NCBI GenBank assembly: GCA_964252035.1
Contig: OZ176207.1
DNA length: 64,000 bases
Strand: one strand, 5' to 3'
Origin: Podarcis erhardii
Lineage: Eukaryota
The position numbers and the translations under genes are program-made. Positions 53,478 through 61,680 of the stretch are shown one piece after another. A model generated the notes under the pieces. The model was not told the DNA's origin and made no database searches. It was given only the letters and a program-made list of their open reading frames with translations. Positions within the stretch are counted from its first letter, which is position 1, and the number at the start of each line of letters is the position of its first letter.

Positions 53478-53886
53478 TGTGATGGGATGATGAGCTGCTT
53501 GTGCGTAAAAGCTTAGTCCCTCAGAGCTTGGGCATGGTTCTCAAAACTCTGTCTTAAGCGGAGCCCCTTAAACATGACTCCCTTAATCGCTGGCAGAATC
53601 CGACAGTGGGCGATTGTGGAATCTGCTCCAACATAAAAGTTCCTTAACGGAAACGCGTCTTCGGGATTCTCGGCGCGACAGTTTCCGGCGAGGAGTGGGT
53701 GTACCTATGGGGGGTCCTGAGACTTCTCCACTGTTTTCACTAGAAGTCTCTCGGAGCCCTCCCTCCGACTCACTTTCTCTCTGAGCTCCTTCTCTCCCCC
53801 TGCTGGTACCTTCCTCTGCTGCCGAGTCTCTCTTAGCGTCCGAGAGCCCTTCCACCGCCTGCCTTTCCGATGGCAGTTCCCTGACA
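53478..53886 (-). repeat. 3' LTR of the Gypsy element
   Basis: Preceded on the - strand by purine tract ggggggggaggtgga (PPT, about 53887-53901). Confidence 0.97.
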
Positions 53887-53933
53887 TCCACCTCCCCCCC
53901 CAGGGCCCCCTTCACCCCCTCCCGCCCCCTCAT
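53583..53933 (-). CDS. Candidate accessory ORF (116 aa) starting just upstream of the PPT and running through U3 of the 3' LTR
   Basis: True ATG at 53933, directly after an in-frame TAG. Acidic and Ser-rich, then basic motif RRKLSRRESRRRVSVKELLCW shared with the other LTRs. Confidence 0.5.
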   Translation of the reverse strand: MRGREGVKGALGGEVDVRELPSERQAVEGLSDAKRDSAAEEGTSRGREGAQRESESEGGLRETSSENSGEVSGPPIGTPTPRRKLSRRESRRRVSVKELLCWSRFHNRPLSDSASD

Positions 53934-56900
53934 CTATGGGCGGTGAGGACGGAAACCCCCGGAAAGAAGCTCCCTCATCGTCAGAGGACTCGAACACTTC
54001 TCTCCACTGACTCCCGTCTCTTCTTCCCGAGTACTCCTCCTCATCGGAGTCTATTCCCTCTTCCAGCCCTGATTCTGGGAACCCTTCGAACTCCTCTTCC
54101 TCATCGGTGGTGCCGAAGTGTTCCCTCCTGAACCGTGTCACCGGCTGAGGTTTCCTTGGGAACCGTTGATGAAACGTTTCTATTAAAACCTCGTCATTGA
54201 CCTCTTCTGCCGGTACCCATGTGTTCTCTGACTCCGGTTCTCCTTCCCATTCTACCAAATACTCCACGTGATTCCCCTTCCACCTGGAATCGACGATTTC
54301 TGCCACATGATTGTTGCGTTCCCTTTCTTCTATGACTGGTGTTTGAGTAACCTCCCTCTCACGTCCCCCCCACTCCCGCCCCTCTCGGTACGGCGACAGT
54401 AAGGACCTGTGAAATACTGGGTGCAGTTTCATGTGGTTGGGCAACCTGAGTTTGAATGCCACTGGGTTGACCTGTTGTATCACCTCAAATAGTCCCAGCC
54501 GTTTAGGTTTCAATTTCTTACACCCGCCCTTGAACGGCAGCCCTTGGGTGGATAACCACACCTGGTCCCCCACCCTTATGGTTTCACCTTCCCGTCTGTT
54601 TCTGTCTGCTTGCTTCTTGTATTCTTCTTTGGCCCTCTCTAAATTAAGTTGGAGCTGCCGGTGGATCGCTTCCATCTCTTCTACAAAGTGTTCCACTGCC
54701 GGGACACTCCATCTTTCCCCTCCTTCTCCTGGAAATGCCCTGGGATGACACCCATAATTTGCCAGGAAGGGACTCATCCCTGTGGACACATGCTCCGCGT
54801 TGTTGTAGGCAAATTCTGCCAGAGCCAACTTATCTACCCAATCATTTTCTCTGTCATTAACATAACACCTCAGGTATTGTTGTAGAATACCGTTTGCCCT
54901 TTCCGCCTGCCCATTTGTTTCTGGGTGTCGGGCAGTCGAAAAATTGACCTCTACGTGCAGTAAGCTCATGAGCTTCCTCCAGAACCTGGAAGTAAATTGT
55001 TTCCCTCGGTCTGAGACCACCCTCAAGGGGGCGCCATGCAACCTAAAAATATGTTTTACAAACAATTTGGCGGTTTCTTCCGCTGTGACCACATGCGAGC
55101 AGGCTATAAAGTGGCACATCTTGGTTAATAGGTCTACCACCACCATGACAGCTGTTTTCCCCTTGGATTTTGGCAGATCCGTCATAAAATCTATGGATAC
55201 TGCCTCCCATGGCCTTTCTGGTGTGGGTAAGGGTTCCAGTAGCCCCGCCGGTGCCAGCCTCTCCCCTTTTGCCCGCTGGCATCGGTCGCACCCCCTTACA
55301 TATTCCCGTACGTCTTCCCTCACCTTGGGCCACCAAAACTCCCTGGTAACCAACAACATGGTTTTGTGTTGCCCGAAGTGCCCCGCTGTGGGGCTTTCGT
55401 GCAATTGTTTGAGTACCCGGCCCCTCAGTTCTCCTTCGGGTATGTACAGTGCCCCCTTGTAATACAACGCTCCGTTCCTTTCCTCAAAACCCCCTGTGTT
55501 CTCTCCCCCTTCCCGGAGTCCTCTGAGCTTATCTTGGGCGTATACATCGTTCTCGGTTCCCTCTACCAGTTCTCTCGGCCCCACCAATGCCGCCCCACAC
55601 ACCCAGTGGTCCTCGGGGATGATATGTCTCTCCTCTGGCGCTCCCTCCCCCTCTAAATACTCTGGTTTTCGAGAGAGAGCGTCCGCTCTGACATTCTCCG
55701 GCCCTGGCATGTAGCAAATTTCAAAATGGAATTTGGAGAACTCCTGTGCCCATCTCACTTGTCTCTGGTTCAGTACTCGGGCAGTTCTCCAGTATTCTAG
55801 ATTTTTGTGGTCGGTGCACACTTGGACCTTGTGCTGCGCTCCAATCAGCAAGTGTCGCCATCTCCGGAACGCCTCATGAATGGCGAGTAGTTCTCGGTCG
55901 TACACGGTGTAGTTCCTCTCGGACTTGTTCAGTTTCCGCGAGAAGAAGGCACACGGTCTCCATTCCGACGTATCCTTTCCCGGCTGAAGAAGCACCGCCC
56001 CCACCGCGCGGTCTGATGCATCTGTTTCTACTCTCATCGGTTGTTGCAGATCCACGTGCAAAAGTTGTTCTTCCGACGCGAACGCCTTCTTTAACCTTTC
56101 GAACGCCCGCTGCGCCTCTTCCGTCCAGACAAATTTCTTCTTGCTGCTGAGACAATCAGTGATGGGCGCCGTTAAGTGGGCGAAGTTCTTGATGAACTTC
56201 CGGTAGAAGTTCCCGAACCCCAGGAACCTTTGCACGTCCTTCTTTGTCCTCAGTGTCTTCCATTCCAGTACCGCTTGAACTTTGCTGGGATCCATGGCCA
56301 ATCCCTTGTCTGACAAACGGTACCCCAGCAATTCCACCTCTCTGGTATGAAACTGGCACTTCTCCAGTTTCACCCACAGCTGGTTTGCTTGCAGTCTGCT
56401 CAGTACCTCTCTTACGTCCCGCACATGCTGCTCCTCATTCTCTGAGTACACCAATACGTCATCTAAAAATGTCACACAGTTTTTGTAAAGTAAAGGTCCC
56501 AGGACGTGATTCATGAATGATTGAAAACAGGCTGAGCCCCCCTGTAGACCGAAGGGCATAACGAGGTACTCAAAGGCCCCCAAGGGGGTGAACATGGTAG
56601 TTTTCCATTCATCTCCCTTTCTCATTCGTATCAGGTTATACGCCCCCCTCAGGTCCAGTTTGGTAAAATTTTTCCCCTTCCTCACTCGGGTCAAAATGTC
56701 ATCGATTCTGGGCATGGGGAAGGTCACGGGTTCTGACACTGCATTTACGGCCCGGTAATCCACTACCAACCTGGGTTTATCCGTGTCTTTTTTGTCCACA
56801 AAGAACACTGGACTACCCCCCACCGCTCGTGACTCCCTGATGAAACCTCGTTTGAGGTTCTTGTCAATGAACTCCCTTAACTCCTGCATCTCCCTGTCGG

Positions 56901-57492
56901 ACATGGCGTACAGCTTGCCTACTGGCAGCTGGGCTCCTGGGAGTAGGTTAATTTGACAGTCAAAGGGTCTATGCGGGGGCAGTTTATCTGCTTCTCTTTC
57001 GCTGAAGACATTACCCAGGTCGGCGTATTGTCGTGGTACCTTCCCTTTATCTGCTACTTCCATCCCTGCTAGGGTGGCCTGGGCTCCTCCCTGAGCCTCT
57101 CCCCCCTTGCAGTGTGCTAGGCAATGTGCTGACCCAAAGGAAACTACCCGCTGGTGCCATCCCACTAGCGGATCATGCAGTGCTAGCCAGCTCATTCCCA
57201 ATATGATGGGCGCTCCTCCCAGGGTGGCCACATTAAACGCTATCACCTCCGTGTGTCTTGCCACCTTCATTATCATGGGGACAGTTTGTTGGTTAACTTC
57301 TCCACCCAACAGTTCCCTCCCATCAATCGTTGTCACCTGCAAAGGGTTACTTAAAGGGATAGTCTGTATCTGGTGTTCAGCTGCAAACTCCTTGCTCATA
57401 AAATTGCAGGAGCTGCCTGAGTCCAATAGCGCCTTTATCTTTAGCGGATGTCCGTTTGGTAGCTCTAGCACCACCTCTACGACAAGCGCTGG
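53833..57492 (-). CDS. Pol polyprotein, uninterrupted part: aspartic protease (LLDSGS), RT (FLDD), RNase H (ETDASD), integrase (HHCC + DDE core), C-terminal chromodomain
   Basis: ORF-track 53833..58071 has no stop. All motifs are visible in the translation. Its first ~193 aa derive from the nested LTR read antisense. Confidence 0.95.
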   Translation of the reverse strand, partial: PALVVEVVLELPNGHPLKIKALLDSGSSCNFMSKEFAAEHQIQTIPLSNPLQVTTIDGRELLGGEVNQQTVPMIMKVARHTEVIAFNVATLGGAPIILGMSWLALHDPLVGWHQRVVSFGSAHCLAHCKGGEAQGGAQATLAGMEVADKGKVPRQYADLGNVFSEREADKLPPHRPFDCQINLLPGAQLPVGKLYAMSDREMQELREFIDKNLKRGFIRESRAVGGSPVFFVDKKDTDKPRLVVDYRAVNAVSEPVTFPMPRIDDILTRVRKGKNFTKLDLRGAYNLIRMRKGDEWKTTMFTPLGAFEYLVMPFGLQGGSACFQSFMNHVLGPLLYKNCVTFLDDVLVYSENEEQHVRDVREVLSRLQANQLWVKLEKCQFHTREVELLGYRLSDKGLAMDPSKVQAVLEWKTLRTKKDVQRFLGFGNFYRKFIKNFAHLTAPITDCLSSKKKFVWTEEAQRAFERLKKAFASEEQLLHVDLQQPMRVETDASDRAVGAVLLQPGKDTSEWRPCAFFSRKLNKSERNYTVYDRELLAIHEAFRRWRHLLIGAQHKVQVCTDHKNLEYWRTARVLNQRQVRWAQEFSKFHFEICYMPGPENVRADALSRKPEYLEGEGAPEERHIIPEDHWVCGAALVGPRELVEGTENDVYAQDKLRGLREGGENTGGFEERNGALYYKGALYIPEGELRGRVLKQLHESPTAGHFGQHKTMLLVTREFWWPKVREDVREYVRGCDRCQRAKGERLAPAGLLEPLPTPERPWEAVSIDFMTDLPKSKGKTAVMVVVDLLTKMCHFIACSHVVTAEETAKLFVKHIFRLHGAPLRVVSDRGKQFTSRFWRKLMSLLHVEVNFSTARHPETNGQAERANGILQQYLRCYVNDRENDWVDKLALAEFAYNNAEHVSTGMSPFLANYGCHPRAFPGEGGERWSVPAVEHFVEEMEAIHRQLQLNLERAKEEYKKQADRNRREGETIRVGDQVWLSTQGLPFKGGCKKLKPKRLGLFEVIQQVNPVAFKLRLPNHMKLHPVFHRSLLSPYREGREWGGREREVTQTPVIEERERNNHVAEIVDSRWKGNHVEYLVEWEGEPESENTWVPAEEVNDEVLIETFHQRFPRKPQPVTRFRREHFGTTDEEEEFEGFPESGLEEGIDSDEEEYSGRRDGSQWREVFESSDDEGASFRGFPSSPPIDEGAGGGEGGPGGGGGCQGTAIGKAGGGRALGR

Positions 57493-58314
57493 TGTCAGGG
57501 GCTCAGGAGCTGAGGCACAGGGAAGATGGGAGATGGAGAGCGAGGGGGAGGAATCCGAAGGGAGCGTAGGAGGGGACAGTGGTCCGAGGGATTCCATGAG
57601 CCTCTCCAGCGAATCGGAAGATTCACAGAAGGGAGCGCCAGTGGCCAGGGGCAGGGGGGTCCCAAGGGGAACGCCCCAGGAGCAAGGGGGCAGCAGGGAC
57701 TCCCAGAGCAGTAGTTGGAAATCAGGACCAGCTTCCCCACCAGAGCAGAGTGGGGGGGAAGAGTCCCAGGCATCGGGGCCAGTGCTTTCCCCACCAGGGA
57801 GAGGAGACGAGGCAGAGCCTACCACGCCTCCCTCGGAGAGTCGGACAACGGAAGGGAGGTCAGATCCGGCCAGTGTCACGGAAGAGGGAAGCAGTGATAG
57901 AAGTAGTGTAACGGTTAGGAGAAAGGTCACTGGGTTGGCGCGAGAAGCAAGTTCAAATGTACAGGAGCGTGGGACAGCAGAGAGTGAGGATTGGGAACCG
58001 GGTCCTAAAGCACGCCGGAGGCAGGGGGAGGAGCTAAGCGACTCAGCGTCGGAAGAGTCCAGAAAGGGCAATGCCCCAGAGGGCAGGAGGACCCAGAGGA
58101 GAAGAGAGCAGCGCAGGAGGTGGAGCAGGGCTAGGATCTTAAACTGGTGTGGAAGGGGCGGAGACTCAGACGGGACTTCGCCGATCTAGAGTCTAGACTT
58201 AGGGCTGCACGCTCTGGCTTTGAAATGGAAATTAAACTTCAATAAAGACTTTTGTACATAACATCAGCCTGGCGTTGGTACTCTGTGAGCTGGGACCTAG
58301 AGGCAGCTCTGACA
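57493..58314 (+). mobile_element. Solo LTR (822 bp) of a different Gypsy family, nested in opposite orientation in the gag/pol overlap
   Basis: tgtcag...ctgaca termini. TSD GCTGG at 57488-57492 and 58315-58319. ATTAAA at 58231 and AATAAA at 58241. Excision restores Pol EPPRPALVVEVVLE and the Gag stop. Confidence 0.93.
57533..58189 (+). CDS. Candidate LTR-encoded ORF (218 aa from ATG 57533) in the nested solo LTR
   Basis: Frame open from the LTR 5' end to TAG 58189. E/S/P-rich, with C-terminal RRTQRRREQRRRWSRARILNW. Confidence 0.5.
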   Translation: MESEGEESEGSVGGDSGPRDSMSLSSESEDSQKGAPVARGRGVPRGTPQEQGGSRDSQSSSWKSGPASPPEQSGGEESQASGPVLSPPGRGDEAEPTTPPSESRTTEGRSDPASVTEEGSSDRSSVTVRRKVTGLAREASSNVQERGTAESEDWEPGPKARRRQGEELSDSASEESRKGNAPEGRRTQRRREQRRRWSRARILNWCGRGGDSDGTSPI

Positions 58315-58337
58315 GCTGGTCTTGGGGGTTCAGGCTT

Positions 58338-58406
58338 GGGCACATTAACTGATCTTTGGCCTGGCTGCTGTGCCCCGATGCTGGCAACCAGGCGTTGGCT
58401 TTTACC
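58338..58406 (-). promoter_or_regulatory. Putative -1 ribosomal frameshift signal (G GUA AAA, 6-nt spacer, H-type pseudoknot)
   Basis: Stem 1 gcctggttgc/gcagccaggc and stem 2 gggcaca/tgtgccc. Pol lies in the -1 frame, which has a TAA just upstream of the heptamer. Confidence 0.7.
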
Positions 58407-59394
58407 TGCTCCTTAACCCCCTCTTCTTCACCCCCAACAGCTCCCGCCATTCCTTGCCATCCCTTCCTTTGAGGGCAGACTCTGGCAAAGTGACCTGGCT
58501 GTTGGCAGAGGAAACATTTCTTGGCGCTCTTTCCCTCCTTCTTCCGCCCTTCGTTGGTGTTTGAAACTCCGCGCGCGCGCGCTGTTCCAATCTCCATCGG
58601 TTCTACTGGCGGGGAATGCTGCTCTGGCATCTCTGGAATGCAGAACTCACTCCAACGTTCCCCTTTCCCTTCCCGCTTCTCCAAGGCTCTCGCCTCCTGG
58701 CCCACTCCTATGGCAAGCGCGGATTTAGTCAGCTGGTCCATAGACTCCGCCCTGGGCGCACGGGAAAGTTCATCCTTCACTGCCGAGGATAAACCTTCTT
58801 CGAACAGCATTTGTATCGGGTCCGCAGACAGGTCCCACCCCAATTTATGGATCAGCATGGTAAACTCTGTCCAGTACTCTCAGATGGATCGGTTCCCCTG
58901 TTTACACGCCATCAACTGTCTGCGCACCACCCCTTGTTCAATCTCGCTGGAAAACATCAGGTCCATGGCGCGAAAAAACTTTCTCGAGTCTTTTAGAGCG
59001 TCATTATTTGCTGCCATCAGGGGCCTCACCCAGTCTTTCGCCCCCCCCCCCTTCGAGATGCCCAATGACAAACGCCACTCTCGATTCCTCATCGGGAAAG
59101 TCATCAAACTGCAGATTGAGGGCGTATTGCATCTCTGTCCTAAAGGCTTGATAATTTCTGGGATCACCCCAAACTTTTGTACCAACCCTGGCACCTTCCT
59201 TGCGAGTGGGGTGGTTTTTCCCTTGTCTGCATCCTGAGCCCGCCTCTCTTCAAGCCTCGCCGTTTGCAGCACTAGCTGGAGCTCCAACACCCTGTACCTT
59301 TCTTCCAGGCTTGGACCCGCTCCAGCTCCTCCTGCGTCTCCGGCTCCGGTTGGGTTGCTCATGATGCCTCTCTTTGCACAAGCGGCTTTCAGGG

Positions 59395-59405
59395 ACTGTC
59401 GGATT
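59395..59405 (-). promoter_or_regulatory. Non-tRNA primer-binding site, complementary to LTR 59527-59537 (self-priming type)
   Basis: On the - strand, aatccgacagt lies 2 nt after the 5' LTR. No TGG tRNA-type PBS is present. It is the perfect 11-nt complement of actgtcggatt within the LTR. Confidence 0.75.
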
Positions 59406-59407
59406 GC

Positions 59408-59816
59408 TGTGATGGGATGATGAGCTGCTTGTGCGTAAAAGCTTAGTCCCTCAGAGCTTGGGCATGGTTCTCAAAACTCTGTCTTAAGCGGAGCCCCTTA
59501 AACATGACTCCCTTAATCGCTGGCAGAATCCGACAGTGGGCGATTGTGGAATCTGCTCCAACATAAAAGTTCCTTAACGGAAACGCGTCTTCGGGATTCT
59601 CGGCGCGACAGTTTCCGGCGAGGAGTGGGTGTACCTATGGGGGGTCCTGAGACTTCTCCACTGTTTTCACTAGAAGTCTCTCGGAGCCCTCCCTCCGACT
59701 CACTTTCTCTCTGAGCTCCTTCTCTCCCCCTGCTGGTACCTTCCTCTGCTGCCGAGTCTCTCTTAGCGTCCGAGAGCCCTTCCACCGCCTGCCTTTCCGA
59801 TGGCAGTTCCCTGACA
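59408..59816 (-). repeat. 5' LTR of the Gypsy element
   Basis: Direct repeat of 53478-53886. On the - strand it runs tgtcagggaa...catcaca. Confidence 0.97.
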
Positions 59817-61549
59817 GTACGATATCATGTTGTGATTATCACATTATGGTACTTTTCATTCACAATATACTGTGGCATACACACAACAAAAACCCACATT
59901 TATTTGCATTTCAGTGGTAGGTTGAGCAATTGATCCCAGAAACCAATTAATGGCCCTGGCAATTCTGTAGCTGTTTTGTTTTGTTTTGTTTGGGTGTGTA
60001 GCAATCTCTTTCAAGGCTATGTAAATGACAGAATCCTCTTCAAATTTTCGACAGCAACACTTCTCTTGCACTAGTGTTTTTCTCAAGAATCAGAACTTTT
60101 GGTGGCTAATTAATGCAATTTTTTTTAAATAAAAACAAACAAACCTTTCCCCCCTTTAAATAGAGTCACTTTCTTATGCAATTTTGTCTCCTGCTTTCCA
60201 CCAGAATTAGACAGAAGCTAAATTTAAGAACTGGCATGATGTTGCCTATAATCCTGCATGCCAGTTTACAGGACGACTATTTTAATCCTTGGGTTTCGTA
60301 TATCTGGATTAGAATTAACATTTATTCCCACTTTTCTATTAAAACAACACTTGAAGCAGCTATCCAAAGTTCTGGTATGTAAATTTAGGATCAAGATTCC
60401 CCATAGCCATCACTTTTTAAAATCAGTTTAAACAAATGAGTTTTCTTTCTTGATTATGACACTCCCACTGTATTGTATTTTCCATTAGTCAAAGTATCAG
60501 CCAAAATATTCAGTGCTATGAATTTAGTTGAAAGAAAGTCCCTTTTAAGTAGGGTGAACAAACCACTTCTGAACATCTTTCCAATTGTGAAGCTTTAATC
60601 CTTTCCTCTAATTGCTTCCTCTGTTTATTGCTCTCTCTTGAATTTTCTTCTCTTTAAATCTTTATGGTAATGTGATGTCCAGGGCTGTTTGCAGTATTTA
60701 AAGCTCAGTCTCATACTCATCAGAGATTAATTATGAGAAGACTGTTGCCTGCTCTCATTGTAGAACTAGGGCAATGTTGGAGTGAGGTGAGCAATGGATA
60801 TTCTTGCCTATTGCTTTCTGCTTCCGTAGGATAATCCCTGAGTTGAGAACTGGGGTACAAGCTCTACTTTCAGAGTACTAATCAGAGACTTTGCCAGTCG
60901 CAGACTTTGGAGGAATTAAGAGATCGTCAGGATGCTCCTAAGGTTTCCTGTTCACAGGATCATGAAAAAAGGAGGAAATGGTGGTTAGAAATATAATGTG
61001 TTCTGTGTAAACTTGAACCTCATGGGGGAAGCCTTGCAGTGTCCCATCAAGAGGCCAAATTAATGGTGTGAATCAAAGAGAAAACTCATCTGACCCAAAG
61101 AGGTCTGTCATACTTGTGTATGGTAGAACCAGTGAGGCAAGGCAGCATCTCTTTCCAAGAAGGTCGCTGTCACTGGAGAATTATTATTTCAAAGAGGTCC
61201 AAGGTTGTCACATCCTGCAAACTGAAATTGGGGGACGAGGGAAAGGAAAAGTGGGCCTCAGTGGCAGCTAGATTAGACAACACTGGGCCAAGCTCAGGAA
61301 ATATGCTATGAACTGATATAATGCAACTCTGCAAAGGGCACGATGAGACCTCTGCAAATACTAAAAAGCCGGCCATATTTGCACTGATCTTCACCATTGT
61401 GTAGGAAACTGTTTTCAGAAATAGTGCTTCTTGAATGACTCAATCAACATATATCTCACAGACTGAAGACATGCCATAAGCCAAGTTTCTAGATTTCTAG
61501 TTGATTTTAAAAAATAGGTAGATGATGACCGTATTTTTGTCACATCGAG

Positions 61550-61680
61550 GTGACAGACTCTTCTTGGAAGTTTTTAAGTAGAAGTTGGATATGATTTAGT
61601 TGAGATTCCTGTGTAGCAGAGGGTTGGACTAGATGGCCCTTGGGATACCTTCCAACTCTACAGTTCTATGATTCTATGAA
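61550..61680 (+). mobile_element. CR1 3' end fragment
   Basis: gggttggactagatggccctt…ccttccaactctacagttctatgattctatga octamer tail. Confidence 0.75.

Larger units (their letters stand above)
57477..59362 (-). pseudogene. Gag of the Gypsy element, disrupted
   Basis: ATG at 59362. Retrotrans_gag-like core and CCHC knuckle CFLCQQPGHFARVC. Apparent compensating indels in G-runs near 59168 and 59041-59051. In-frame TGA at 58880-58882. Nested LTR at 57493-58314. Removing the nested LTR restores ...PQDQRLS-TAG ending at 57477. Confidence 0.88.
53478..59816 (-). mobile_element. Ty3/Gypsy chromovirus LTR retrotransposon (Tf1/sushi-like), full length, in last ASPH intron
   Basis: 409-bp LTRs at 53478-53886 and 59408-59816 with no difference seen by eye. 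TG...CA ends. TSD GTACG at 53473-53477 and 59817-59821. Order is gag then PR-RT-RH-IN-chromodomain. Confidence 0.97.

Noticed and set aside
57493-58071. First ~193 aa of the 1412-aa ORF as a genuine Pol N-terminal domain
   Set aside because: It starts at a TTG and lies wholly inside the nested solo LTR defined by its TSD. Removing the LTR restores the normal gag-pol junction.
58521-59237. 238-aa + strand ORF, and similar + ORFs such as 54944-55462 and 55746-56150
   Set aside because: Antisense shadows of gag/pol coding sequence with no recognisable motifs.
59388-59407. Canonical tRNA primer-binding site
   Set aside because: It does not begin with TGG and I recognise no tRNA 3' complement. 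Self-complementarity to the LTR explains it better.
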